A stretch of 25,454 nucleotides of DNA, taken from the NCBI GenBank assembly GCA_038882955.1, contig JAVZNC010000009.1, forward strand, positions 1 to 25,454, in the 5' to 3' direction. The translations under genes were made by a program, and so were the position numbers. Within the stretch, counting starts at the first letter, position 1; each line of letters begins with the position of its first letter. Positions 17,020-25,101 of the stretch are shown here, one piece after another. The notes beneath the pieces are model-generated. The model had not been told where the DNA came from. It searched no databases and saw nothing but the letters and a program-made list of their open reading frames with translations. This DNA comes from Candidatus Bathyarchaeia archaeon (GTDB lineage: Archaea > Thermoproteota > Bathyarchaeia > Bathyarchaeales > Bathycorpusculaceae).

Positions 17020-17343
17020 ATGGAAGAAAACCTCAAAAAAGAAATTGTTCAACACATAACCAGAAACCTACTAGACATCCAAATACTAATGCTAGTAAAT
17101 AAAGAACCAACGTGGGGATACAAAATAAAAAAGCGAATAGAAGCCTTTTCAGGGCTGAAAATACGCCACGGAGCCCTATACCCACTACTAAAAAAGCTCG
17201 AGGATAGAGGTCTAATCAAAAGCCAAAAACAACAACAAGGAAAACGATTGAAAAAAGTTTATGCAATGACAGAGAAGGGGAAAGAATATATTAGGATATA
17301 TAATGCCATGTTAATGGAACGTGTCATGAACAAAACACAATGA
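17020..17343 (+). CDS. PadR-family transcriptional regulator
   Basis: PTWGYKI, HGALYPLLKKLE, KKVYAMTEKG. Confidence 0.9.
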   Translation: MEENLKKEIVQHITRNLLDIQILMLVNKEPTWGYKIKKRIEAFSGLKIRHGALYPLLKKLEDRGLIKSQKQQQGKRLKKVYAMTEKGKEYIRIYNAMLMERVMNKTQ

Positions 17344-17406
17344 ACATTGCATTGCAAACGTTCTAGCTATTTATTTTTAAATAGTTTTAGCGGTAAATTA
17401 AAAATT

Positions 17407-18411
17407 ATGAGCTCAAAAGAAAATAGGGGTATATCTCACACAATTTTAGAAATTCTCCGGGAAAAAAGCAGAAACGGTTTGATTTACACGCGAAAAATAA
17501 TGCTGGCTGAAAAAATTCAAAGCAATGTCATACGGAAAGCGCTCCAATATTATGTTAATAATTGGGGCATATCAACACATCCAGCTCCCTTTATATTAGC
17601 ATATGAAGCGGTTGGTGGAAACCCGAACGATGCGATGGAGGCTCAAGCAGCGATAGTTATGTTATCTGCTGCATTAGATATCCATGATGATATAATTGAT
17701 AAATCTGTTAGGAAACGTGGAAAACTAACTGTGGTTGGAAAGTTCGGATCAGATATTGCGCTTCTTTTAGGGAATGCCTTTTTTATAAAAGGTTTCTCCC
17801 TTTTTAGTACATATATTGGTAAATTAGACGAAGAAAAAAGAAACAAGGCTATACAGATACTAAAAGAGGCAATGTTCGAGGTTGGAGATGCGCATGCTTT
17901 AGAGTTTAATTTCCGGGGAAAAACTAACGCAGATCCTGAAGAATACATGAAAATTTTACAAATGAAAGCGGTAACAACACAGGTTACTATGCAGCTTGGT
18001 GCGATATTCGGAGGTGGTACAGTAAAAGAAACAGAAGCTTTAGCAAGATATGGAAGGATCTTAGGAACATTAGCTGCGTTAAGAGAGGAATTTATAGATA
18101 TTTTTGATGTTCAAGAGCTGAATCAACGTATTCAAAAGGAATGTTTACCAATACCCATACTATATGCAGTACAAGATATGGATTCTAAAGAAATAAGAAG
18201 AATAATTTCACAAAGAACAGTGAAAAAGAATGACTTGCCTAAGTTACTTGAGATAATTTTTGGGTCCCATGAGGTCAAGGAGCTGAGGGAAAAAATGGAA
18301 TCCATGGCTAGAGTTTCTGCAAATACGGTCCAAGAGATTAAAAATGAAGAGATTAAAAGTTTATTAACTCAGTTAGCCGCATCTATGCTTGAAGATATTG
18401 CTGACCCTTAA
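17407..18411 (+). CDS. Isoprenyl-diphosphate-synthase-fold protein with degenerate SARM (ComQ-like prenyltransferase candidate)
   Basis: FARM DDIID (17686-17700) followed by RKRGK; SARM position reads REEFID (EEFID at 18085-18099); no GKRxRP motif; ATG at 17407 (track start 17347). Confidence 0.8.
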   Translation: MSSKENRGISHTILEILREKSRNGLIYTRKIMLAEKIQSNVIRKALQYYVNNWGISTHPAPFILAYEAVGGNPNDAMEAQAAIVMLSAALDIHDDIIDKSVRKRGKLTVVGKFGSDIALLLGNAFFIKGFSLFSTYIGKLDEEKRNKAIQILKEAMFEVGDAHALEFNFRGKTNADPEEYMKILQMKAVTTQVTMQLGAIFGGGTVKETEALARYGRILGTLAALREEFIDIFDVQELNQRIQKECLPIPILYAVQDMDSKEIRRIISQRTVKKNDLPKLLEIIFGSHEVKELREKMESMARVSANTVQEIKNEEIKSLLTQLAASMLEDIADP

Positions 18412-18461
18412 ATCCCTGGATAACTACGTACTGGGATTTTCCTTTTTTTCGTAGCCTTCAT
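18408..18461 (-). CDS. Putative 17-aa peptide MKATKKRKIPVRSYPGI
   Basis: Manual translation; GGGAGTGGG immediately before the ATG; upstream BRE-TATA; stop interlocks with the prenyltransferase stop (shared TTAA). Confidence 0.5.
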   Translation of the reverse strand: MKATKKRKIPVRSYPGI

Positions 18462-18470
18462 CCCACTCCC

Positions 18471-18508
18471 TGTGTATAATTGTTCTACACAAATACTTAA
18501 GATTTGCT
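18471..18508 (-). promoter_or_regulatory. Promoter (AGCAAAT-CTTAAGTA) and inverted-repeat operator (TGTGTAtAA-N3-TTcTACACA, 18471-18491) for the 17-aa ORF
   Basis: TATA at 18494-18501 predicts a TSS near 18470; an 8/9 inverted repeat lies between TATA and TSS. Confidence 0.5.
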
Positions 18509-18607
18509 ATTGCCTAAGAACTTGTATTCAAATTGAACATATGAATTGGTGATTAATAATGCTATTATCCATAATATAGCCTCTAAGATATTGTTGGTCG
18601 AAATACC

Positions 18608-19819
18608 TTGGGAGGCATATCCGGTAAAGAAGTTTATTGGAGGGATTTCACTCCAGCTTTAATAGTTGTAGTGAACAGCTTAACGTGGAACGCATTTATG
18701 TTATCAATTTTCAGTACAATTGTTGGAAGCCTTCCGATATCACCTACCCAAGTTTTAACGCTTTTTTCTATTGAATATGCCTCAATTGCAGCGTCCGCTG
18801 TTATTGGGTCTTTTTTCTTTCCATTTTCTAGGCGGATAACAATTTTTATATGGATGCTCAGCGGAGCTTTATTGCCAATTTCATTTTTCACTATACAAAA
18901 CAATGATCTATGGGTTAATGGGTTAATTTCCTCTTTTTTTGGCGTTTGTCTTGGAGCTGGGCTGCCCTCAGCTCTTGCATGCTTTGCTGACTCGGCAATT
19001 GTTGAGAAACGCGGTTTTCTTGGGGGTATTGTCTACTTATCTGTAGGTCTCTCAACAGCCTTTTTTGTGGTTGTCGCAGCTTTCCTCGGTAATACAATGA
19101 TTCTTCTTGGAATGATTTTATGGAGGCTATCTGGAGCTTTTCTTTTTCTACTTACATATAAGAATAAAAAACAAGAGCATCCGATTCCTTCTTACTCGTT
19201 TATTCTGAGACAACGAGATTTTATGTTGTATTTTTTGCCTTGGGTAATGTTTTGCATTGTTAATTGGATTGAAGCACCCATCTTACAAAATCTTTTCGGG
19301 GAACTCTACGGTTTAATCGGTTTCGCAGAAATTATAATATCAGGCGCGTCTGCATTTTTGGGTGGCATCATTTCAGATCATGCCGGAAGAAAACGTGTTA
19401 TAATGATCGGTTTCGTCATGTTAGGTATCGAGTACGCTATGCTCAGTCTCTTTTCAGAAGTGCCATTTTCATGGTATGCTTATGCAATTTTTGACGGTAT
19501 TGCTTGGGGGATGTTTGCATCCGTTTTCTTCATGGTTTTGTGGGGTGATATTAGCGGAAATTACCAGAAGGAGAAATACTACACGTTAGGAGGGCTTCCT
19601 TATCTCCTTGCCATGTTCTTGTCAGAACTATTTAAACCATATGTTGGCTTAATGCCTTTAGTTACTGCTTTTTCTTTGGCTAGCTTTTTCTTGTTTTTGG
19701 CTGTGGTCCCGCTTGTATATGCTCCTGAGACTTTGCCTGAGAAAGCTATTAAAGAAAGGGAACTTAGGGGTTATATTGAGAAGGCTAAGCGGATTAGGGA
19801 AAAGTTTACCAAAGGCTAA
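18608..19819 (+). CDS. MFS transporter
   Basis: About 12 TM segments; motif A GIISDHAGRKR; C-term APETL. Confidence 0.88.
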   Translation: MGGISGKEVYWRDFTPALIVVVNSLTWNAFMLSIFSTIVGSLPISPTQVLTLFSIEYASIAASAVIGSFFFPFSRRITIFIWMLSGALLPISFFTIQNNDLWVNGLISSFFGVCLGAGLPSALACFADSAIVEKRGFLGGIVYLSVGLSTAFFVVVAAFLGNTMILLGMILWRLSGAFLFLLTYKNKKQEHPIPSYSFILRQRDFMLYFLPWVMFCIVNWIEAPILQNLFGELYGLIGFAEIIISGASAFLGGIISDHAGRKRVIMIGFVMLGIEYAMLSLFSEVPFSWYAYAIFDGIAWGMFASVFFMVLWGDISGNYQKEKYYTLGGLPYLLAMFLSELFKPYVGLMPLVTAFSLASFFLFLAVVPLVYAPETLPEKAIKERELRGYIEKAKRIREKFTKG

Positions 19820-19848
19820 GTAAAAAGTTTGCTTTGTTGGTGAGCTGG

Positions 19849-20970
19849 GTGTTCTTTCATGTTATGTTGACGACGGAATGTGACCTTCAGTGTCGTTATT
19901 GTTTTAGTGAAGCCCTAGAGGATTTTGGTGGCGATTTTGGCGAGTTTAGTGTTGATTATTCTTTGCCTAATCGTTTAAGCTATGATGTTGGTTTGTTACA
20001 GCGTTTTTGCGGGCTTGATTCTGACTGTTTTTTGATTTTTTATGGCGGTGAGCCTCTTTTGTGCCTTGAAGATGTTAGGCGTGTAATGGACTGCGTTGGG
20101 GTTAGGGGTTTTGCTGTTCAAACGAATGGTTTGCATTTGGACAGTTTGGAGTCAGCCTATGTTAACCGTTTTAGTGTTATTCTAGTGTCTGTTGATGGGG
20201 ATGAAGCTTTGACGGATTATTATCGTGGGCGGGGTGTTTATCGTAGGGTTGCGGAGAATTTAAGGTTGGTTAGGAGTAATGGCTTTGAGGGTGAGATTAT
20301 TGCTCGAATGACTGTTATGGAGGAAACCGACATTTTCAAGCAGATTTTGTGGCTTCTAATCAATGATGACTTTGCCTTTTCTTCTATTCACTGGCAGCTT
20401 AATGCCGGTTTTTGGAACGATTTTGATAGGCGAAATTTCAAAGAATGGATTGAGAAAAGTTATAATCCTGGAATTCGCCGCCTTGTGAAGTTTTGGGTTG
20501 ACCAGATGGAGAAGCGGGGTGTTATTTTGAGGCTTTATCCGTTTTTGGGTGTAGCACAATCTCTTTTGTTTGGCGAGGAGAAATCGCCTTTAAGGTGTGG
20601 CGCTGGTTGGATCAATTACGCTATTCAGACGGACGGGCATATTGTGCCTTGTCCTAGCATGTGGGGTATGCGGGACTTTTACGTGGGGCATATTAACAAT
20701 GCGCATCCGTTGAGGCTTAAGAAGGTTTTTGTTGGTGAGCCATGCACAAGCTGTGGAATCTTCAACGTTTGTGGTGGAAGATGCCTATACGCCAACATAA
20801 CAAGACGCTGGAGCCCCGAAGCCTATAGGCTTGTCTGCAAGACTGTTGAGAACATGATTAATGCCATAATGAACGAGTTGCCGAGAATTAGAGAGCTTAT
20901 TAGAACTGGCAGGATAAGGGTTGAGGATTTCAACTTTTTGAAATATGTTGGATGCGAAATAATCCCATAA
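19849..20970 (+). CDS. Radical SAM/SPASM protein, resembling the AF0577 (TIGR04084) putative peptide-modifying family
   Basis: CDLQCRYC, YGGEP, QTNG, SVDG; SPASM cysteines CGAG..PC..CxxCx5CxxxC..C; C-term EIIP; GTG at 19849 after GGTGA (track start 19834). Confidence 0.85.
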   Translation: MFFHVMLTTECDLQCRYCFSEALEDFGGDFGEFSVDYSLPNRLSYDVGLLQRFCGLDSDCFLIFYGGEPLLCLEDVRRVMDCVGVRGFAVQTNGLHLDSLESAYVNRFSVILVSVDGDEALTDYYRGRGVYRRVAENLRLVRSNGFEGEIIARMTVMEETDIFKQILWLLINDDFAFSSIHWQLNAGFWNDFDRRNFKEWIEKSYNPGIRRLVKFWVDQMEKRGVILRLYPFLGVAQSLLFGEEKSPLRCGAGWINYAIQTDGHIVPCPSMWGMRDFYVGHINNAHPLRLKKVFVGEPCTSCGIFNVCGGRCLYANITRRWSPEAYRLVCKTVENMINAIMNELPRIRELIRTGRIRVEDFNFLKYVGCEIIP

Positions 20971-21002
20971 GTATTTAATGCCATGCTGGCGTAGAAAAAT
21001 GG

Positions 21003-21515
21003 GTGGAAGATGAAATGAGTTACAAGAGAAAGTCTTGGCAGGAGAAGCTGGCAGATAAGAAGGGTTTACCGAAGGTGCTGAAATTGGAAAAGAGTTTTCC
21101 TTGTTATAATGCGGTTCACAAGATGGGTGCTGAAGTGGGCGACGAAGTTGTTATTGCTAACCCAAGCGAAGTCGTTGAAATAATGAAGAAAGTGCCGAAG
21201 GGAAAACTAATCACAATCTCTGAAATTTGCAAGAAAATCGCGGAAAAACACAAAGTCAAGGCTTGCTGTTCTCTCACAACTGGAATCTTCATTATGATTG
21301 CGGCGAATGCGGCTGAGGAAGCTGCTAGGAAAGGAAAAAATCTTGGAATTCCGTATTGGCGCACTTTGAAGGCGAATGGATTCCTGAATGAAAAGTATCC
21401 TGGCGGGGCTGAGGCGCATAAGGAACTTTTGGAAAGGGAAGGGTTTAAGATAACGCGAATAGGCAAGAAGTACGCCGTTCAGAATTATCAGGATTTCTTA
21501 CTGCGTGAAAGCTGA
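21003..21515 (+). CDS. MGMT-family DNA-binding / alkyltransferase-like protein
   Basis: KVPKGKLIT..I; PYWRTL in place of PCHRV; LLEREG. Confidence 0.75.
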   Translation: MEDEMSYKRKSWQEKLADKKGLPKVLKLEKSFPCYNAVHKMGAEVGDEVVIANPSEVVEIMKKVPKGKLITISEICKKIAEKHKVKACCSLTTGIFIMIAANAAEEAARKGKNLGIPYWRTLKANGFLNEKYPGGAEAHKELLEREGFKITRIGKKYAVQNYQDFLLRES

Positions 21516-21691
21516 AGAAAACGTCATATTTGTGGTTGCTGGGATTCAACAAGTACACTAGCCTCTCTAGGTTTTCTGCCATTAAAAGAGGGGAAAATAG
21601 GCTGGACAGCAGTTTTATTTTCGCTACCACCTCCCCTCTAGGTTTTTCACTCGAGAATGAGGGTTGAGTATAAGATTTAAACCTACATAGC

Positions 21692-22426
21692 ATGTTTAAT
21701 TCAAGTTGTGAGTCGAAGTTGCCGACCTTCTTAGAAATTGAAGGGACTATTGTGAAAGGGGTTTTTAAGAAGCGGCTAACCCGTTTCTCAGCACAAGTTA
21801 AGGTTGGTGAGAAGATTGTTGAATGCTTCTTGCCTAATCCTGGAAGACTCAGCGAATTGCTGTTTTCTGGTGTCAGAGTTGTCTTGAAGGAAGCGAGAAC
21901 AGCTGATGATAGGAAGACTGCTTATGACCTTGTCGGCGTCTACCATGATGGCAAAGTGGTTTCCATCGATGCCCGCATACCCAACAAGCTCGTTTTTGAA
22001 GCCTTAAGGAATGGGGACTTGCCAGAGTTTTTAGTCTACACGGTTATTAAGCCTGAACACTATTATGGGCGTGCAAAGTTTGACTTCTTCCTTGAAGGGT
22101 TAGGGCTGAAGCCCTGCCTTTTAGAGATTAAGTCCTGCACCCTTGTCCGCGATGGCGTAGCAATGTTTCCAGACGCCCCAACCGAGAGGGGTGCACGACA
22201 CGTTTTGGAGCTTGTTAAAGCCTTGAAGAATGGCTATAGAACAGCTGTGCTCTTCATTATTCAAAGAGACGACGCTTATATGTTTACAACGAATGATGAA
22301 ACAGACCCAAAATTTAGGACGACTCTTCGAGAAGCCCATAAGTGGGGAGTGGAGGTCTACGCCTACTCAGCGAGCTTCGCCAAAAACAGGGTGTGGCTTA
22401 ACGGAAAAGTTGAGGTTGTGCTTTAG
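21692..22426 (+). CDS. sfsA: SfsA DNA/RNA nuclease (sugar fermentation stimulation protein)
   Basis: R..RF, LPNPGRL, DFFL, EIKSCTL, FPDAPTERGARH and DPKF. Confidence 0.92.
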   Translation: MFNSSCESKLPTFLEIEGTIVKGVFKKRLTRFSAQVKVGEKIVECFLPNPGRLSELLFSGVRVVLKEARTADDRKTAYDLVGVYHDGKVVSIDARIPNKLVFEALRNGDLPEFLVYTVIKPEHYYGRAKFDFFLEGLGLKPCLLEIKSCTLVRDGVAMFPDAPTERGARHVLELVKALKNGYRTAVLFIIQRDDAYMFTTNDETDPKFRTTLREAHKWGVEVYAYSASFAKNRVWLNGKVEVVL

Positions 22427-22471
22427 CCATGTTGATTTGGAGCCGTTGAAAAGGGAAATTATAAAAATAGG

Positions 22472-23131
22472 TTGCGCATGAGAAGATTTAACCCAAAATT
22501 GATGGAGATGGCGTTAATGGCTAAGACTGTTCAGAGGAAGTTTGTGGCTGTTGACCCCGCCAAGTGCACGGGCTGTAGCCTATGCGAATACGTGTGTGTT
22601 TTAGAAAAGAATGAGCCTCTTTGGAACCCTTTGAGGTCTAGGGTTAGGGTGATACGCCTAACACCAGCCTTCAACCTCGCCTTAACATGCCGTTTCTGTG
22701 AGAATGCCCCATGCGTTAGAGCGTGCCCAAGAAAAGCCTTAACCCAGTCTGAGGAAGGCTTCATCCTAGTTGACGAGGCTAAATGCGACCGCTGCGGCTG
22801 GTGCATCCAAGCCTGCCCCTACGGTGGGATTTCACTTCACCCTGACAAGACTTCTGTTTTGGTCTGCGACTTGTGCAAAGACAAGACAGAAGGACCCCAA
22901 TGTGTGGAGTTCTGTCCAGAAGAAGCCCTGGAACTTGTGAGTGGAGATGATGTTGTAGCTAAGAAGTGGCTGACCGCCATGGAAAAGATACCAGCAGACA
23001 TTGAGAAGTTGACAAAACTTGTTAAGAGGCGAGAGTGGGCTGTCCTTTTCGAGGAAGCAGAAGACAGAGCGAAGAGGCTTTCGGAAAAGCTTGAGGCAAT
23101 AAACAAAAAGTGGGGCTACAAGCTAAAATAG
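22472..23131 (+). CDS. 4x[4Fe-4S] electron-transfer protein (DmsB/HycB-like) with a C-terminal helical extension
   Basis: CTGCSLCEYVC, CRFCENAPCVRACP, CDRCGWCIQACP, CDLC..CVEFCP; true start may be ATG 22517. Confidence 0.85.
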   Translation: MRMRRFNPKLMEMALMAKTVQRKFVAVDPAKCTGCSLCEYVCVLEKNEPLWNPLRSRVRVIRLTPAFNLALTCRFCENAPCVRACPRKALTQSEEGFILVDEAKCDRCGWCIQACPYGGISLHPDKTSVLVCDLCKDKTEGPQCVEFCPEEALELVSGDDVVAKKWLTAMEKIPADIEKLTKLVKRREWAVLFEEAEDRAKRLSEKLEAINKKWGYKLK

Positions 23132-23138
23132 TTTTGAG

Positions 23139-23498
23139 CTAGCGTTTGCCTTCGCAGTCAAAGCATAAATCGCTTTCGCGGTTTGTCCAGAAGATTTTAC
23201 TGCATCGCTTGCATGTTGTTTTCCGCAGTAAGCCTTTCTCCTCTGTTTTTGTTGGTGTAAAGGCGAACTGGGGTTTTGGGAAGGTTATAGCTTTTTTGTG
23301 GCATAAGGGTTCGCATGCCGTGCAGCCATTAACGCATTTGTGGGGGTTGGCTATAACTGCCTTATCATCTATGAAGGCGAATACGCCTTTTGGACAATAT
23401 TCCACACAGCGGGGCTTGCCAAAAGGTGCACAGCCGTCACATTTTTCTGGGAAGACCGTCGGATACCATGGGGTGCAAGCCCTAGCCACGCATTTCAC
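23139..23498 (-). CDS. Ferredoxin (2x[4Fe-4S]-type) with a C-terminal Zn-ribbon
   Basis: CDGC..CVEYCP, CVNGCTACEPLC; C-term CKRC..CFDC. Confidence 0.8.
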   Translation of the reverse strand: MKCVARACTPWYPTVFPEKCDGCAPFGKPRCVEYCPKGVFAFIDDKAVIANPHKCVNGCTACEPLCHKKAITFPKPQFAFTPTKTEEKGLLRKTTCKRCSKIFWTNRESDLCFDCEGKR

Positions 23499-23689
23499 CC
23501 TTTCGTTTTCTTGCGGCAGTCATAGCAGTATTCCGTTTCAAAGTTTGTTAGGAAAGTTTTGCCGCAGCCCTTGCACTGCACTTCTTTAAGCATGCCCTCT
23601 TTTATTGGCTGAACAGCTTTTAGGGATTCTACTGCCTCTTGGGCGCATGGGCAAGGGCGCTTAACTCCAAAATCGTTTTCGCCAGTCAT
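23495..23689 (-). CDS. Small Cys-rich protein (CPC plus Zn-ribbon)
   Basis: CPC, CKGC..CYDC; 4-nt overlap with the downstream gene and 3-nt gap to the upstream gene. Confidence 0.7.
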   Translation of the reverse strand: MTGENDFGVKRPCPCAQEAVESLKAVQPIKEGMLKEVQCKGCGKTFLTNFETEYCYDCRKKTKG

Positions 23690-23692
23690 GGG

Positions 23693-24742
23693 CTACAGCG
23701 ACCCGCTTAACATGCCATACAACAGCCCAAAGGTTACGCTTCCAGCCCAAGCTATAAGCATGTAGGTGGCTACAACCTTCCATTTGGCTATCCTTGAGAC
23801 AGCTAGAGCGTTAGCGAAGTCGTAGGGTTGACCCATAAGCCATGCAAGCAGTGCCCCTTTTGATAATATTATGCCTCCTTTTACCCATATGCCCCTTCCA
23901 AGAACTATTTCAACCAGTGTTGGTGTGTAGAGGGGCCCGCCTAGGACCGAGGCTAGGAGAACCCCGTCTACCCCGGTTAAGTATTCCTTTATTAGCTCTT
24001 CTGGGAGGAACGCCTCCAAGTAGCCGACTACAATTAAGCCTAATATAAAGAAGGGTAAGATTTGCTTTGCCAAGTATCCTCCAAACTTTAAAGCCGCCCA
24101 AAGTCTTTCATCTAATGGCGGTCTAACAATTTCCACTTTGGCTGACGCGGAGGCTACAGTGTTTACCTGATGTTCCCTTTCAATGGCTTTTCCCCAAGGA
24201 GTTTTGGATATTACTATGCCGGCGACAAGAGCCACTGTTATGGAGGCTATGATTCTTACGCCTGCAAGCTCCCATGAAATAAGTTCTCCTGTTAGCAAGA
24301 TTGCCAGTATGTTGGATGCCGGCGCCATAAGTAAGAAGGCTATGGCTGGACCTATTCCAGCCCCAGCGTATAGAACCCCACCGAAAAGCGGAACCATTGT
24401 GCACGAGCAAACCGTCAAGAATGGCGCCATTCCAAGGGCTAGTCCATAGCCTAAGGCTCTACTGCTTCCCATGTATTTTGTTATGGCTTCTTTTGGTACA
24501 AACTCGTAAATTAGTCCAGCAGTTGTAAAGGCGAAGAGTAGGCATATTGTTCCGTGGCTGAAGTAGTCGTAAAGATAGACTAGTGGAATTTGCCATAATG
24601 GATAGCCGCGCAGTTCAATTGGCGTGGAGGTGGGTGCCAGCGAATATGCTTGTATACGGCTGTAGATTAAAAGCCCTATTACAACAGCTATGAAGGCTAG
24701 TATTATGCCGGCGCGAAGGACTCTTTTGGTTTTTTCTTCCAT
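23693..24742 (-). CDS. ArsP/DUF318-family permease
   Basis: PFLTVCSCTMVP, FLLMAP and GGPLY motifs; multi-TM. Confidence 0.85.
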   Translation of the reverse strand: MEEKTKRVLRAGIILAFIAVVIGLLIYSRIQAYSLAPTSTPIELRGYPLWQIPLVYLYDYFSHGTICLLFAFTTAGLIYEFVPKEAITKYMGSSRALGYGLALGMAPFLTVCSCTMVPLFGGVLYAGAGIGPAIAFLLMAPASNILAILLTGELISWELAGVRIIASITVALVAGIVISKTPWGKAIEREHQVNTVASASAKVEIVRPPLDERLWAALKFGGYLAKQILPFFILGLIVVGYLEAFLPEELIKEYLTGVDGVLLASVLGGPLYTPTLVEIVLGRGIWVKGGIILSKGALLAWLMGQPYDFANALAVSRIAKWKVVATYMLIAWAGSVTFGLLYGMLSGSL

Positions 24743-24757
24743 AGGCTTTTTCGCCTT

Positions 24758-25030
24758 TTATTTAGCCGCTTCCATTATCAGCTTTTCAACTTCTTCCGCG
24801 CTTGGAACACGCCCCATGATTTTTACGGCGTTGTTTATGGCTATGGCAGGTGAGACCAGTACGCCGTATTTTTGAACAGTTTCCTTTGACATTATGTTGG
24901 CTTTTTCAATGTTCACCATAACGCCAGCCTGCCTAAGCTTCTCAGCTGCTTTTTCCACGGCCTTTTTTGCTGCTTGGCACCGCATGCATGGCGGTTCCGG
25001 TCCGATGACTTCTACTTTGACTTCTTTCAT
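24758..25030 (-). CDS. Small thioredoxin-fold redox protein (MTH895/Thioredoxin_3-like)
   Basis: CMRC, YGVLVSPAIAIN, GRVPS; GGTGA RBS. Confidence 0.88.
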   Translation of the reverse strand: MKEVKVEVIGPEPPCMRCQAAKKAVEKAAEKLRQAGVMVNIEKANIMSKETVQKYGVLVSPAIAINNAVKIMGRVPSAEEVEKLIMEAAK

Positions 25031-25060
25031 GCTTTTTCACCTTGTAGAGTGAGGTGAGAA

Positions 25061-25086
25061 TATAGCAATATTTAAATATTGTTATA
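25061..25086. promoter_or_regulatory. Palindromic operator, probably bound by ArsR, overlapping the divergent promoters
   Basis: TATAGCAATATTT|AAATATTGTTATA, 12/13 symmetric, centred on TTTAAA. Confidence 0.75.
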
Positions 25087-25101
25087 GAGTTTGCTTTAAA
25101 C

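Noticed and set aside
16858-17055. 65-aa hydrophobic minus-strand ORF
   Set aside because: Artefact of the A-rich repeat spacer (Phe/Leu codons); overlaps the PadR start.
17407-18411. Annotation as GGPP synthase for ether lipids
   Set aside because: The IPP-binding motif and SARM are missing or degenerate.
21445-21693. 82-aa minus-strand ORF and CTCTAGGTTTT direct repeat (21565, 21636)
   Set aside because: No protein motif, overlaps the ATL gene, and two 11-bp copies are too little to assign a function.
3325-24875. Remaining short ORF-track entries nested in or antisense to the called genes
   Set aside because: Fully overlapped by longer ORFs with clear family motifs; no independent signals.
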